Positions 20,579 through 32,177 of a DNA stretch of 64,000 nucleotides are shown piece by piece. The notes beneath the pieces were generated by a model. That model had not been told where the DNA came from and did no database searches. It saw only the letters and a program-made list of their open reading frames with translations. Each line of letters starts with the position of its first letter. Position 1 is the first letter of the stretch. Position numbers and translations under genes: made by a program. Location of the stretch: positions 320,001-384,000 of the forward strand of contig CBDCXM010000008.1 of assembly GCA_965223855.1 (NCBI GenBank). The letters are read 5' to 3'. Source of the stretch: Candidatus Multivoradales bacterium. GTDB lineage: Bacteria > Acidobacteriota > Thermoanaerobaculia > Multivoradales > JAHEKO01.

Positions 20579-22810
20579 GTGAAGACGCTCGACCGACAGG
20601 CCGACCTCCGGCCGCTACCCGAGGAGACCGAGACCTTGCGATCCACGACCCCGAAGCGTGCCACCGTCATAGCGCTCCTGCTCGCGACCTGCATCGCGAC
20701 CGCCCTGCCCCTCACAGCAGCCCGCAGCGAGATTCCGCCCGAGACCGACGAACGCAAGTCGGTGCGAAGCCTGATGACCACCACGCCGCCGGAGATCGAC
20801 GGCCGCCTCGACGACGCCCTGTGGCGGCAGGCGCCTCTCGTCGACGACTTCCACCAGATCCAGCCCGAGCCCTACGGCGAGCCGACCCAGCGCACCGAGG
20901 TCCGCGTCGCGCACGACGCCGACTATCTCTATGTCGGCGTCCATCTGCACGACGTCGAGCCGCAGCGCATCTCGGCAAAGCAACTCATCCAGGGGGGCGG
21001 GATCTGGAGCGACGACCGCTTCTTCGTGATCCTCGACACCTTCGACGACCGGCGCAACGCCTTCTTCTTCTCTCTGAACGGCAACGGCGTGCGCCGCGAG
21101 GCGCTGATCTCCGGGCAGAGCTTCAACGACAACTGGGACGCGATCTGGCAGGGGGACTCCAGAGTCGGTGAGACCGGGATCACGATGGAGATGGCGATCC
21201 CCTTCAAGTCGCTCGCCTTCGATCCCGGCAGCGAGATCTGGGGGATCAACTTCGGGCGCATCATCCCGCGCACCAACGAGCAGATCTACTGGTCTTCACG
21301 CGGCCAGCAGGACTTTCCCGACTCCCCCGCCTTCGGGGGGCGGATCGAGGGCCTCACCGGCCTGCGCCAGGGACTCGGCCTCGACATGGTGCCGACCCTC
21401 GTCGGCTCGGCGATCGATCTCGAGGGCGGAAGCTCTTCCGAGACGGAACCGGCGCTCGACATCTTCTATCGACCGACGCCCGGGCTGACCGCAGCGGTGA
21501 CGCTCAACACCGACTTCTCCGCTACCGAGGTCGACGCCCGACAGATCAACACCGACCGCTTCTCGCTCTTCTTCCCCGAGAAGCGCGACTTCTTTCTTCA
21601 GGACGCGGGGATCTTCAACTTCGGAGGGATCGGCGGCAACGGTCAGCCGTTCTTCTCCCGCCGGATGGGCCTCGACGGAGACGGGCGTCCGGTGCCGATC
21701 CGCTGGGGAGCCAAGGTCACCGGCCGGCAGGGCCGCTTCAACTACGGGCTGCTCGACGTCGAACAGGACTCGGAAACGGGAAGCGAGAACCTGTTCGTCG
21801 GCCGCGCCTCCGTCAACCTGCTGGAGGAAAGCTCGGTGGGTGCGATCGTCACCCATGGTGACCCGGTGGCCGGGCGCGACAACACACTCTTCGGGGCGGA
21901 TTTCCGCTATCGCGACAGCAGCGTCTTCGAAGACAAGGTCGTCGAAGCGGACGTCTGGTTTCAGCGCAGCTCGTCCGACGGCGTCGAGGGTCGCGATGGC
22001 GCTTACGGCGCTTCGCTCACCTACCCCAACGACCGCTGGTTCGTCGGCCTCGAGGTCTCGGAGATCGAGGAGAATTTTCGGCCGGCGCTCGGCTTCGTCA
22101 ACCGAACCGGGATCCGCGAGCTCATGCCGCGCGTCCGCTATCGCATCCGCCCACAGAGCGGACCGATACGGGCGGTCAACACATGGCTTTACTACGAGCG
22201 ACTCACGGACACCGACGACCGCCTGCTGACGTCGCGGATGTTCTACTTCGGCTCCCTCGAAGGGCAGAAGGGCGACTGGCTGACCTACCAGTGGCTGCAG
22301 CGCCGCGAAGTGCTCCAGGGCCCCTTCCAACTGCTCGGCCGGCTCGATGTCCCGGCGGGCGACTTCTCCTGGGACGAGTACCGGCTCTTCTTCGACAGCT
22401 CCACCCACCGCCGCACCTCGCTCCACGTCGACGTCTTCGACGGCGGCTTCTTCGACGGTGAGCGTACCCAGGTCGCGATCGAAGTACAGCTGCGCCCCTC
22501 GAAGCACCTCTTTCTCTCCGGAAAGTACGACCAGGCGGACTTTCAGATGCCGTCGGGGCGCTTCATCACCCGGCAGGCGACCCTGCGCACCAACGTCGCC
22601 TTCACCTCGACCCTGTCGTGGAGCAACCTCGTCCAGTTCGACAACCTCTCCGACACCGTCGGCCTCAATTCGCGCTTCCGGTGGATTCCTCAGGCAGGCC
22701 GCGAGCTCTTCCTTGTCGTCAATCAGGGTTGGGACGTCGAGTTCGACAACGCGCTGCGCTCGGCGGACTCTCAGGTCACTACGAAGGTCGGCTACACGCT
22801 GCGCTTCTGA
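20579..22810 (+). CDS. Exported CBM9-like/DUF5916 beta-barrel protein
   Basis: Signal-like segment, PEIDGRLDDALW, EMAIPFKSL, WGINF, NTDFSATEVD, FFPEKRDFFL, C-terminal YTLRF. Confidence 0.82.
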   Translation: MKTLDRQADLRPLPEETETLRSTTPKRATVIALLLATCIATALPLTAARSEIPPETDERKSVRSLMTTTPPEIDGRLDDALWRQAPLVDDFHQIQPEPYGEPTQRTEVRVAHDADYLYVGVHLHDVEPQRISAKQLIQGGGIWSDDRFFVILDTFDDRRNAFFFSLNGNGVRREALISGQSFNDNWDAIWQGDSRVGETGITMEMAIPFKSLAFDPGSEIWGINFGRIIPRTNEQIYWSSRGQQDFPDSPAFGGRIEGLTGLRQGLGLDMVPTLVGSAIDLEGGSSSETEPALDIFYRPTPGLTAAVTLNTDFSATEVDARQINTDRFSLFFPEKRDFFLQDAGIFNFGGIGGNGQPFFSRRMGLDGDGRPVPIRWGAKVTGRQGRFNYGLLDVEQDSETGSENLFVGRASVNLLEESSVGAIVTHGDPVAGRDNTLFGADFRYRDSSVFEDKVVEADVWFQRSSSDGVEGRDGAYGASLTYPNDRWFVGLEVSEIEENFRPALGFVNRTGIRELMPRVRYRIRPQSGPIRAVNTWLYYERLTDTDDRLLTSRMFYFGSLEGQKGDWLTYQWLQRREVLQGPFQLLGRLDVPAGDFSWDEYRLFFDSSTHRRTSLHVDVFDGGFFDGERTQVAIEVQLRPSKHLFLSGKYDQADFQMPSGRFITRQATLRTNVAFTSTLSWSNLVQFDNLSDTVGLNSRFRWIPQAGRELFLVVNQGWDVEFDNALRSADSQVTTKVGYTLRF

Positions 22811-22855
22811 GCTCGCCGCGGCGTCGGCGCTGCCCCACGTCAGCGGAAAGGCGAG

Positions 22856-24091
22856 CTACCGAAAACCGAGCCGGAACCGTCCGACGAGGATCGCCACGAC
22901 TGCGGCAAGCACCGCGCAGAGGACGAAGTGGCCGGAGTAGCCCAGAGACTCGGCGCTGAAACCGCTCAGAGCGCTCCCGACGAGCGGCCCGACGGCGGCC
23001 AGCGACTGCTGCAGGGTGAAGTCGGTGGCGGCGCTCTCGGTCCGGGAGCGGTCCATCATCGAGGTGTAGAGGGCCGCCGTCGCCATGCCTCCCGCCAGCG
23101 AAGCGATCAGAGAGATGATCCAGAGCAGCGGCACTGAAGCGACGCCTCCTGCAGGCAGCAGGAAAGCTGCCAGAGCGAACGCCTGAAAGGCGGAGAATCC
23201 CGCCATCGCTCGCCGGCGACCGAGACGCTCGACGGCGATACCGCCGGCGATCGCTCCGAGCAGAGCGCCGATCGAGTTGCCCAGGCCGACGATCAGGCCG
23301 ATCCGGGCAAGGCCGAGGCCGAGGTCGACGAAGAGCGGCTTCGCCATGGTCAGAGCCATCGCTTCGGCGGCGCGGAACAGGACGAGAACCGCGATCCAGC
23401 CACCGTTCCCGGAGCGGCGGAAGAAGCGGCCCAAAGCCGCCCAGTCGACTCCCGAAGGCTCGCCCGCTTCCTCGCGCGGTCGTGGCGGCTCCCGGAAGCG
23501 CGCCAGCGGCAGCATCGGCAGCGCCATCAGGAGCGCCAGGCACAGTACCGCCGGCCGCCACCCCCACAGCGCGTAGAGCAGGAGTGTCAGGCCACCGCCG
23601 AGGATCTGACCGAGGTAGTACCCGCCCACCTGGACGCCATTACCGATGCCACGCTCGGACCTGGCGAGCAGTCTCACCGCGAGGCCGTCCGAAGCGACAT
23701 CCTGGGTCGCCGCACACAAAAGGAAGAGCGCCGCCAGAGGCAGCAGCCAGCCGAACTGCGCCGCCGGGTCGAGCAGCGCGATCCCGGCGACCGACACCAC
23801 CGCCAGCGCCTGCAACGGCACGAGCCACGAGCGGTAGTGGCCGTGACGCTGCGAGCCCCACCGATCGACCAGCGGCGCCCAGAGGAACTTCAACAGGAAC
23901 GGCAGCGCCAGCGCCTGGATCAGGCCGATGTCGCGCCGCTCCAGGCCGAAGTCGCGCCCGATCGCCGGCACCGCTTCGACGAAAAAGCCGAGCGGAATCG
24001 CCTGCGAGACGTAGAGAGCCGCCAGCAGCGCCAGCCGGTGGCGGCTCTTCGCCGCGGGAACGTTGACGCCGGCGTCACTCCCGTCAGACAT
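22856..24091 (-). CDS. AmpG/RhtX-like MFS transporter
   Basis: LYVSQAIPLGF, LKFLWAPLVD, ATQDVASDGLAV, ATDFTLQ; ATG at 24091 just after the mqnA stop. Confidence 0.85.
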   Translation of the reverse strand: MSDGSDAGVNVPAAKSRHRLALLAALYVSQAIPLGFFVEAVPAIGRDFGLERRDIGLIQALALPFLLKFLWAPLVDRWGSQRHGHYRSWLVPLQALAVVSVAGIALLDPAAQFGWLLPLAALFLLCAATQDVASDGLAVRLLARSERGIGNGVQVGGYYLGQILGGGLTLLLYALWGWRPAVLCLALLMALPMLPLARFREPPRPREEAGEPSGVDWAALGRFFRRSGNGGWIAVLVLFRAAEAMALTMAKPLFVDLGLGLARIGLIVGLGNSIGALLGAIAGGIAVERLGRRRAMAGFSAFQAFALAAFLLPAGGVASVPLLWIISLIASLAGGMATAALYTSMMDRSRTESAATDFTLQQSLAAVGPLVGSALSGFSAESLGYSGHFVLCAVLAAVVAILVGRFRLGFR

Positions 24092-24096
24092 GTCGA

Positions 24097-24903
24097 CTAG
24101 CGCGGCTCGAGCAGACGCAGCCCGGCAGATCCTTCGAGCAAGCTGTGCACGCGCGCCCTCCTGAAGAACTCCTCGAGCCCGGCGAGGGCATCCTCGTCCA
24201 ACCGGTAGCTGAGACTCTGTGTCAGATAGTCGCGCAGCACCTGCCGACCCAGACCGAGCTCCTCGCGTGCCAGCTCGACGATTGCCGTGGTCGAGGCGAG
24301 CCCCGCCTCGAGGCTCGCTTCGAGGGCGGCGGTGAGGCTCGCCACGCCATCGAGCGCCTCTTCGCGCACGGCCCAGACAGCGAAGACGAACGGCAACCCG
24401 GTCAGGGCTCGCCACTCGGCCGCCAGATCCCAGATGCGGTAGGGGTCGCGCGGCACCGACAGCGCCGGATCGCCGATGATGAGCGCTGCGTCGGCGCGCT
24501 CGAGCATCTCCTCGGCATCGGGTGACGCCTCCATCACCTCGGGCTCGCGGCTGTAGCGGTCGCGCATCAGGATCTCGACGAGACACGCCGAGGTGCGGCT
24601 GTTGCGGTCGAGAGCGACGGTCGACACCTGCTCCAGCGGCCCCTTCGACAGCAGCAGGACGCTCCTGACCTCGTGCGTCGCCGCGACACAGAGCCCGGGG
24701 ACCACCGACAGGCCGGGGATCCTGGCCGCCTCGATCGACGGGACGAGACCCACGTCGAGGGTACCGGCCGCCAGCCGTGAGGCCACCTGGGCCGGAGGCA
24801 GGTAGGTGACCTCGAACCCTTCTTCCTGCCGTCCCGTGAGGAATCCCCAGGCGAGCGGCCAGGCGTTGAGGTAGTCGACGATGCCGACCCGGATCGCCGT
24901 CAT
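24097..24903 (-). CDS. mqnA: Chorismate dehydratase (futalosine pathway)
   Basis: VDYLNAWPL, VRSVLL, SRTS, LIIGDPAL, DLAAEWRALTGLPFVFAVW. Confidence 0.92.
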   Translation of the reverse strand: MTAIRVGIVDYLNAWPLAWGFLTGRQEEGFEVTYLPPAQVASRLAAGTLDVGLVPSIEAARIPGLSVVPGLCVAATHEVRSVLLLSKGPLEQVSTVALDRNSRTSACLVEILMRDRYSREPEVMEASPDAEEMLERADAALIIGDPALSVPRDPYRIWDLAAEWRALTGLPFVFAVWAVREEALDGVASLTAALEASLEAGLASTTAIVELAREELGLGRQVLRDYLTQSLSYRLDEDALAGLEEFFRRARVHSLLEGSAGLRLLEPR

Positions 24904-25958
24904 GGCCGGGACTCCCGGTGAAACTCAGCGAGCAGGTTCAGCTCGAGCCGCCTCTCGTCCGCCGGTAGCCGGCCGATCTCGCCCGCGGCCTCGTAGAAGC
25001 GCCGCCAGTCGCCTCTCGAGCGCTCCAGCAGCGCTTCGAAGGCGGGCACGTACTCGTGGTAGCTGCCGATCGAGACCAGGTGCGCGTTGTTGAGCTCGCC
25101 TTCCATCCACGCATCGTACCGGTCGTCGCCATCCCAGGTGGCGGCGAGGCGCCGGTAGCGATCGCGCCACTCCTCGAACAGCCGACGCTTTCGCGCTCGC
25201 TTCTCCTCCGCCGCCAGCTCCGAGCCGTAGAGCTGCTCGAATTCGGTGCGCACCTCGAGCGCCAGATCGAAGAATTCCGCGTCGTGGCGCCTCCTCAGCC
25301 GCAACGCCTCCAGCTCGTCGTCGTCGATCTCTCCGAGTCGCGCCCAGCGGTCGAGCCCGCTCTCCTCCACAGTAGTCGCGAACGACTCGTTGAAGGCGGT
25401 GTCGTCCTGAACATAGACGACCTGGTGCGCCAACTCGTGAAAGATCAGCCCGGCGAGTTCCGCAGGGGGCAGCGCGACGAAGCTCGACAGCAGTGGATCG
25501 GCGAACCAGCCGAGGGTCGAGTAGGCGCGCACCCCGTAGACCGAGACGTCGTGCCCCCGCCGGGCGAGCCTGGCGCCGAAGCGACGCGCCCGCTCTTCGT
25601 CGAAGTAGCCGCGGTAGGAGACACACCCGGCGATCGGGAAGCACCAGGTGACCGGAGACATCGACAGCTCCGGAGCGGCAACGACGTTCCACACCGCGTA
25701 GGGCCGTCCGAGTTCGACGTAACGCCGGTAGCTGGCGTTCTCCGGGAGCGCGAGCTCCCGGCTGGCGAACTCTCGCGCCCTGGTCGCGAAGTCGAGCGAC
25801 CCCTCGAGCTCCGGCCGCTTTTCCACCGCCCGTTCGATCGACTGCCGGGCGACGAGGAGCCGGACCTGGCCGACTACTGCCTGCGAGTAGTAGGAACGGC
25901 AGGCGCCGAGCGCCACGAGCGCCAGCGCCAGTGGGATCAGCCAGCGCCGCGACTTCAC
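24900..25958 (-). CDS. Predicted zinc aminopeptidase lipoprotein (DUF2265-like)
   Basis: Lipobox LGAC, WCFPIAGCVSYRGYF, AYSTLGWFADP, HELAH, FNESFA. Confidence 0.85.
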   Translation of the reverse strand: MKSRRWLIPLALALVALGACRSYYSQAVVGQVRLLVARQSIERAVEKRPELEGSLDFATRAREFASRELALPENASYRRYVELGRPYAVWNVVAAPELSMSPVTWCFPIAGCVSYRGYFDEERARRFGARLARRGHDVSVYGVRAYSTLGWFADPLLSSFVALPPAELAGLIFHELAHQVVYVQDDTAFNESFATTVEESGLDRWARLGEIDDDELEALRLRRRHDAEFFDLALEVRTEFEQLYGSELAAEEKRARKRRLFEEWRDRYRRLAATWDGDDRYDAWMEGELNNAHLVSIGSYHEYVPAFEALLERSRGDWRRFYEAAGEIGRLPADERRLELNLLAEFHRESRP

Positions 25959-25976
25959 CCGAAGGGACCCCGCGCG

Positions 25977-27284
25977 CTACTTGCCCATCGCGTTGAGGAA
26001 CTCCGCGTTGCTCTTGGTCTTCTTGAGCTTGTCGAGAAGCAGCTCCATCGACTCCACGGTCGACAACGGGTTGAGGACCTTGCGCAACACCCAGACGCGG
26101 CGCAGCTCGTCGCTCGCCATGAGGAGTTCCTCCTTGCGGGTGCCCGACCGGTTGATGTCGATCGCCGGGAACACCCGCTTGTCCATCAGCTTGCGGTCGA
26201 GGTGGATCTCGCAGTTGCCGGTCCCCTTGAACTCCTCGAAGATGACGTCGTCCATCCGGCTCCCGGTATCGACGAGCGCCGTGGCGATGATCGTCAGCGA
26301 ACCGCCCTCCTCGACGTTGCGGGCGGCACCGAAGAAGCGCTTCGGCCGGTGGAGCGCGTTGGCGTCGAGGCCGCCCGAGAGCACCTTGCCCGAAGGAGGC
26401 TGCACCGTGTTGTAGGCGCGCGCCAGCCGGGTGATCGAGTCGAGCAGGATGATGACGTCCTTCTTGTGCTCGACGAGCCGCTTCGCCTTCTCGATCACCA
26501 TGTCGGCGACCTGCACGTGGCGCGTCGCCGGCTCGTCGAACGTCGACGAGACGACTTCGCCCTGGACCGAGCGCTGCATGTCGGTCACTTCCTCGGGGCG
26601 CTCGTCGATCAAGAGCACGATGAGCACCGCCTCGGGGTTGTTCTTGGCGATCGAGTTCGCGATCGACTGCAGGAGCATCGTCTTGCCGGTGCGCGGCGCG
26701 GCGACGATGAGGGCGCGCTGCCCCTTCCCCATCGGCGTCGCCAGATCGAGGACGCGCGACGACAGGTCGTCCTCGCTCTCCATCACCAGACGCTCCATCG
26801 GGTAGAGCGGCGTGAGGTTGTCGAAGAAGATCTTCGTTCGCGCCACCTCCGGATGCTCGAAATTGACCGCCTCGACCTTGATGAGGGCGAAGTAGCGCTC
26901 CCCGTCTTTCGGCTGGCGGACCTGGCCGGAGACCGTGTCGCCGGTGCGCAGATCGAAGCGCCGGATCTGGGACGGCGAGACATAGATGTCGTCCGGGCCC
27001 GGCAGGTAGTTGTACTCGGGGGCGCGCAGGAAGCCGAAGCCGTCCGGCAGGCACTCGAGCACACCTTCGGCGAAGATCAGGCCGCTCTTCTCGGTCTGCG
27101 CCTGCAGCACCTTGAAGATCAGCTCCTGCTTGCGGACGCTCGACGCCCCCTCGACGCCCAGCTCCTGAGCGATCTCGATCAGCTCCGCGATCTTCATCTC
27201 CTTCAAGGTGCGGATGTCGAGCGTTGCCTGCTCCTCGATCTCGGCCGTGGCTTCGGCGTTCTTGCTCTCGGTGGCTTCGGTCAT
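25977..27284 (-). CDS. rho: Transcription termination factor Rho
   Basis: [56 protein letters not shown]. Confidence 0.98.
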   Translation of the reverse strand: MTEATESKNAEATAEIEEQATLDIRTLKEMKIAELIEIAQELGVEGASSVRKQELIFKVLQAQTEKSGLIFAEGVLECLPDGFGFLRAPEYNYLPGPDDIYVSPSQIRRFDLRTGDTVSGQVRQPKDGERYFALIKVEAVNFEHPEVARTKIFFDNLTPLYPMERLVMESEDDLSSRVLDLATPMGKGQRALIVAAPRTGKTMLLQSIANSIAKNNPEAVLIVLLIDERPEEVTDMQRSVQGEVVSSTFDEPATRHVQVADMVIEKAKRLVEHKKDVIILLDSITRLARAYNTVQPPSGKVLSGGLDANALHRPKRFFGAARNVEEGGSLTIIATALVDTGSRMDDVIFEEFKGTGNCEIHLDRKLMDKRVFPAIDINRSGTRKEELLMASDELRRVWVLRKVLNPLSTVESMELLLDKLKKTKSNAEFLNAMGK

Positions 27285-27319
27285 CTCTTACCCCGTGCCT
27301 GTGCGGCGGTAGGTGGGTG

Positions 27320-27503
27320 CCAGCCCGGACTTCTCACGCCGCTGTGGCCTGGTAGGCCGTAGGTTGCTGAAGATACAAGGCGTCCGTTCGCGAGCACCGC
27401 AGGCATAGCCGAGCTACGTCGAGGAGCGCAGAGAACGGAGAACGCAGTAGATTCAGTGACATACGGTCTACCAGGGTGCAGTGGCGTGAGAAGTGCGGGC
27501 TAG
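27320..27503. repeat. ~184-bp palindromic structured element, copy 2
   Basis: AGCCCGGACTTCTCACGCCG...TGGCGTGAGAAGTGCGGGCT(AG); co-linear with 12731-12915 apart from a 1-nt gap in the apical loop. Confidence 0.88.
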
Positions 27504-28080
27504 AGGAAGTTGTGGAGGCTCTTCCACAGCTCGCGACACCGATGCCGCGAGTGGCGGAGAACCCGATCAGGTCGGCCTCGGGAGCGAGACCGAGCGTCTG
27601 GCGAATGGACTTGAGCTGGCGAGCCTGCCGGCTTCGCGGCACTTTGTCGATCTTGGTTGCCACGACGGTCGTCGGCATCCCGATGTCGGCGAAATAGGTC
27701 GCCGAATCGACATCGAGCGGCGTCGCGCCGACCTTGGCGTCGACGAGCTGAACGACCGTCGTCGCAGCCGGAGCCGTGTCGAAATAGGCCTCCATCAGAA
27801 GGGCCCACTCACGGCGCATCTTTTTTCCGACCTTGGCGTAGCCATATCCCGGGAGATCGACAAAGTAGAAAGACTCGTTGATGAGGAAGTAGTTGATCGC
27901 CCGTGTCCTCCCGGGCGTGGAACTCGTGCGCGCCAGGGAACGGCGACCGAGCAGACGGTTCAGAAGACTGGATTTGCCGACGTTGCTGCGCCCGACGAAA
28001 GCGATCTGGGGCAGAGCGTCCTCGACGAGGTCCGACTTCCTGACAGCCGATCGAAGGAACCGACCCGACTCGATTCTCAA
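27500..28080 (-). CDS. engB: Ribosome biogenesis GTPase EngB/YihA/YsxC, apparent 1-nt frameshift near 27533
   Basis: GRSNVGKSS, SSTPGRT, DLPGYGY, TKIDK. The natural end ELWKSLHNFL* lies in another frame after ...RGIGV. Confidence 0.88.
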
Positions 28081-28214
28081 GATTCCGTCTCTCTCGAAGA
28101 GTTGCAGACGTCCCGGACGGGACAGCGGCGGCGAGCCGCGGGGTCAAACTGGAAGGAAGGTTGCCGACAATCGGCGGGAACCGAGGCGGGAAGACGCAAG
28201 TGTAGTCGAAACGA

Positions 28215-30632
28215 CTACTGAACGGTACCCAGCGGAGGCTCCGGAGCCGACTCCTTGCGGGCCGCTTCCGATGCCGGCAGCACCGCCAGCTCGCCGTCGA
28301 GGGCGATGCTCAGCACCTCGTCCATCGACTCCACGAGGTGGAACTCGAGCGCCTCGCGTGCCTCCTCGGGGAGCTCTTCGAGATCCTTCTCGTTGTCCCT
28401 GGGCAGGATGATGTCGCTCATCTCCGCGCGATAGGCGGCGAGGATCTTGTGCTTGAGGCCGCCCACCGGGAGCACCTTGCCCCGCAGCGTCACCTCGCCG
28501 GTCATCGCGACGTCCTTGCGCACCGGGATCTTGGTGACGGCCGAGACGAGCGCCGTCGCCATCGTGATGCCCGCCGATGGCCCATCCTTCGGGATCGCCC
28601 CCTCCGGCACGTGGATGTGAAGGTCGTGCTGGTCGGCGAAGTCGGGATCGACGCCGAGGTACTCGGAGCGGCTGCGCAGATAGGAGACCGCAGCGCGGGC
28701 CGACTCCTGCATCACCTCGCCGAGCTTTCCGGTGATGCTGAGCTTGCCCTTGCCCTTCATCAGGCCGACCTCGGTCTCGAGCAGCTCGCCGCCGACCTGC
28801 GTCCAGGCGAGACCGGTCGCGACGCCGACCTCGCTCTCCTCGCCTTTGCGGCGCGGACGGAACTTGATCTGCCCGAGGTACTCGTTGAGGCTCTCGGCCG
28901 TGACCGCCACCTTCTTCGACTTCTTGCCCTCCTCGACGATCTTGCGGGCGACCTTGCGGCACACCTTGGCGATCTGCCGCTCGAGGTTGCGCACTCCCGC
29001 TTCGCGGGTATACCCCTCGATCAGGCCCTTCAGAGCGTCATCCTCGAAGGTGACCGACTTCTTCTTGAGGCCGTGCTTGTCGAGCTGCTTCGGCAGCAGG
29101 AACTCGCGAGCGATCGCGAGCTTCTCCGAGAGCGTGTAGCCGGTGAGCTGGATCGTCTCCATCCGGTCCTGAAGCGGCGCCGGGATGGTGTGACTGACGT
29201 TCGCCGTGGCGATGAACATCACCTTCGAGAGGTCGTACTCGACGTCGAGGTAGTGGTCGACGAAGGCGTCGTTCTGCTCCGGATCGAGCACCTCGAGCAG
29301 CGCCGCAGACGGGTCACCGCGGAAGTCCATCGCCATCTTGTCGATCTCGTCGAGCAGGAAGACCGGGTTGACGGTTTCGGCCTTCTTCATCATCTGCACG
29401 ATCTGTCCGGGGAAGGCACCGATGTAGGTCCTGCGATGACCTCGGATCTCCGCCTCGTCCCGAACGCCGCCCAGTGACAGGCGGACGAACTTGCGCCCCA
29501 TCGCGCGGCCGATCGACTTGGCGAGCGACGACTTGCCCACTCCCGGCGGGCCGACGAAGCAGAGGATCGACGACTGCGTCTGCTCGGTGAGCTGGCGAAC
29601 GGCGAGGAACTCGAGGATGCGCTCCTTGATCTCGTCGAGCCCGTAGTGGTCCTCGTCGAGGATCTTCTGGGCCTTCCCCAGGTCCTTGTTCTCGCGGCTC
29701 TTCTTCTTCCACGGCACGCCGACCAGCCAGTCGATGTAGTTGCGCGACACGGTCGCCTCGGCCGACACCGGCGGCATCGCCTCGAGCCTCTTGAGCTCCT
29801 GCTCCGCCTTCTCCTTGACGTTCTCGGGCAGGCCCGCCTTCTCGATCTTCTCCTTGAGTTCCTCGACCTCGTCGCTGCGGTCGTCCTTGCGGCCGAGCTC
29901 CTGATGGATCGCCTTGATCTTCTCGTTGAGGTAGTACTCCTTCTGCGCCTTCTCCATCTGCTTCTTGACCTGCACGTTGATGCGCTTGTCGATGTTGACT
30001 TTCTCGACTTCGACATCGAGCAGATCGTGGAGCCGGCGCAGCCGCTCGTAGGGGTTCACGAGCTCCAGCAGCGACTGCTTCTCGAGGGTCGAGACCATCA
30101 GATGGGAGGCGAGCTGATCGGCGAAGCGATCGACTTCGTCGGTCTTGATCGTCGACACCAGCCCCTCGAAGGCGAGGTGGTGCGAGAGCTTCGCGTACTG
30201 CTCGAAGACCGCGAGCACCTTGGCGATGTACTCCTCGACCTGATCGTCCATCGGGTAGTCGACGGCCAGCACGTCGACATCCGCCATGAGGGTTCCGTCT
30301 TCCTCCCGCAGCTCGACCGTCTCGGCGCGGCTCAACCCCTCGACGAGGACCCTGACGTTGCCGTTCGGGAGCTGGAGGTTCTGCACGACCTTGGCGACGA
30401 CGCCGAGTTCGTGCATGTCGTCTCCCTGAGGCTCGTCGACCTTCGGGTCGGTCTGGGTGACGAGAAAGAGCCGCTTGCCCGGTTCGGCGAGCGCCCTCTC
30501 GAGCGCCACCACGGAGCTCTTCCGGCCCACCAGGAACGGGGCCATCATGTGCGGGAACACCACCATGTCCCGGAGCGGGACGACGGGAAGAGTCTCCCGG
30601 GTCTTGTCGATAAAGGAATCCTGGACGGGCAT
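28215..30632 (-). CDS. lon: ATP-dependent protease La
   Basis: [22 protein letters not shown], catalytic [14 protein letters not shown]; ATG start at 30632. Confidence 0.97.
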   Translation of the reverse strand: MPVQDSFIDKTRETLPVVPLRDMVVFPHMMAPFLVGRKSSVVALERALAEPGKRLFLVTQTDPKVDEPQGDDMHELGVVAKVVQNLQLPNGNVRVLVEGLSRAETVELREEDGTLMADVDVLAVDYPMDDQVEEYIAKVLAVFEQYAKLSHHLAFEGLVSTIKTDEVDRFADQLASHLMVSTLEKQSLLELVNPYERLRRLHDLLDVEVEKVNIDKRINVQVKKQMEKAQKEYYLNEKIKAIHQELGRKDDRSDEVEELKEKIEKAGLPENVKEKAEQELKRLEAMPPVSAEATVSRNYIDWLVGVPWKKKSRENKDLGKAQKILDEDHYGLDEIKERILEFLAVRQLTEQTQSSILCFVGPPGVGKSSLAKSIGRAMGRKFVRLSLGGVRDEAEIRGHRRTYIGAFPGQIVQMMKKAETVNPVFLLDEIDKMAMDFRGDPSAALLEVLDPEQNDAFVDHYLDVEYDLSKVMFIATANVSHTIPAPLQDRMETIQLTGYTLSEKLAIAREFLLPKQLDKHGLKKKSVTFEDDALKGLIEGYTREAGVRNLERQIAKVCRKVARKIVEEGKKSKKVAVTAESLNEYLGQIKFRPRRKGEESEVGVATGLAWTQVGGELLETEVGLMKGKGKLSITGKLGEVMQESARAAVSYLRSRSEYLGVDPDFADQHDLHIHVPEGAIPKDGPSAGITMATALVSAVTKIPVRKDVAMTGEVTLRGKVLPVGGLKHKILAAYRAEMSDIILPRDNEKDLEELPEEAREALEFHLVESMDEVLSIALDGELAVLPASEAARKESAPEPPLGTVQ

Positions 30633-30645
30633 GCGCCCCCTCCGA

Positions 30646-31881
<1,236 letters not shown>

Positions 31882-32058
31882 TCGATTTCCTCGGGGCTGT
31901 GGGGCTCAGGACGTTGCGGTAGGGATCCGGGCAGCCTGCTCTTGCTTGCGGTGCTTCTGCGAGGGAACCTGCGACCGCAGCCGGCCTCGGTCCTCTGTCT
32001 ACCCGTGAAAACGGAACGACCTCGGGAGACATTTCCCCCGAAGCCGGTCGTGAACCGC

Positions 32059-32067
32059 AGTATAGCA
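32059..32067 (-). promoter_or_regulatory. Putative extended -10 promoter of clpX
   Basis: TGcTATACT on the minus strand, about 180 nt upstream of clpX. Confidence 0.55.
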
Positions 32068-32177
32068 AAGCCTGCTAGTAGCAAGCTTCTCGCCTGGCTC
32101 GAGCGGTCGGTCGCTCCCCGCCGGCGCCGTGCCACCGTTGGAGCGGCATCGGCGCCGGCGTCAGGCTGGGTCCGAGC

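Noticed and set aside
27334-27499. EngB C-terminal extension as a real domain
   Set aside because: It is a translation of the non-coding hairpin element caused by the apparent frameshift.
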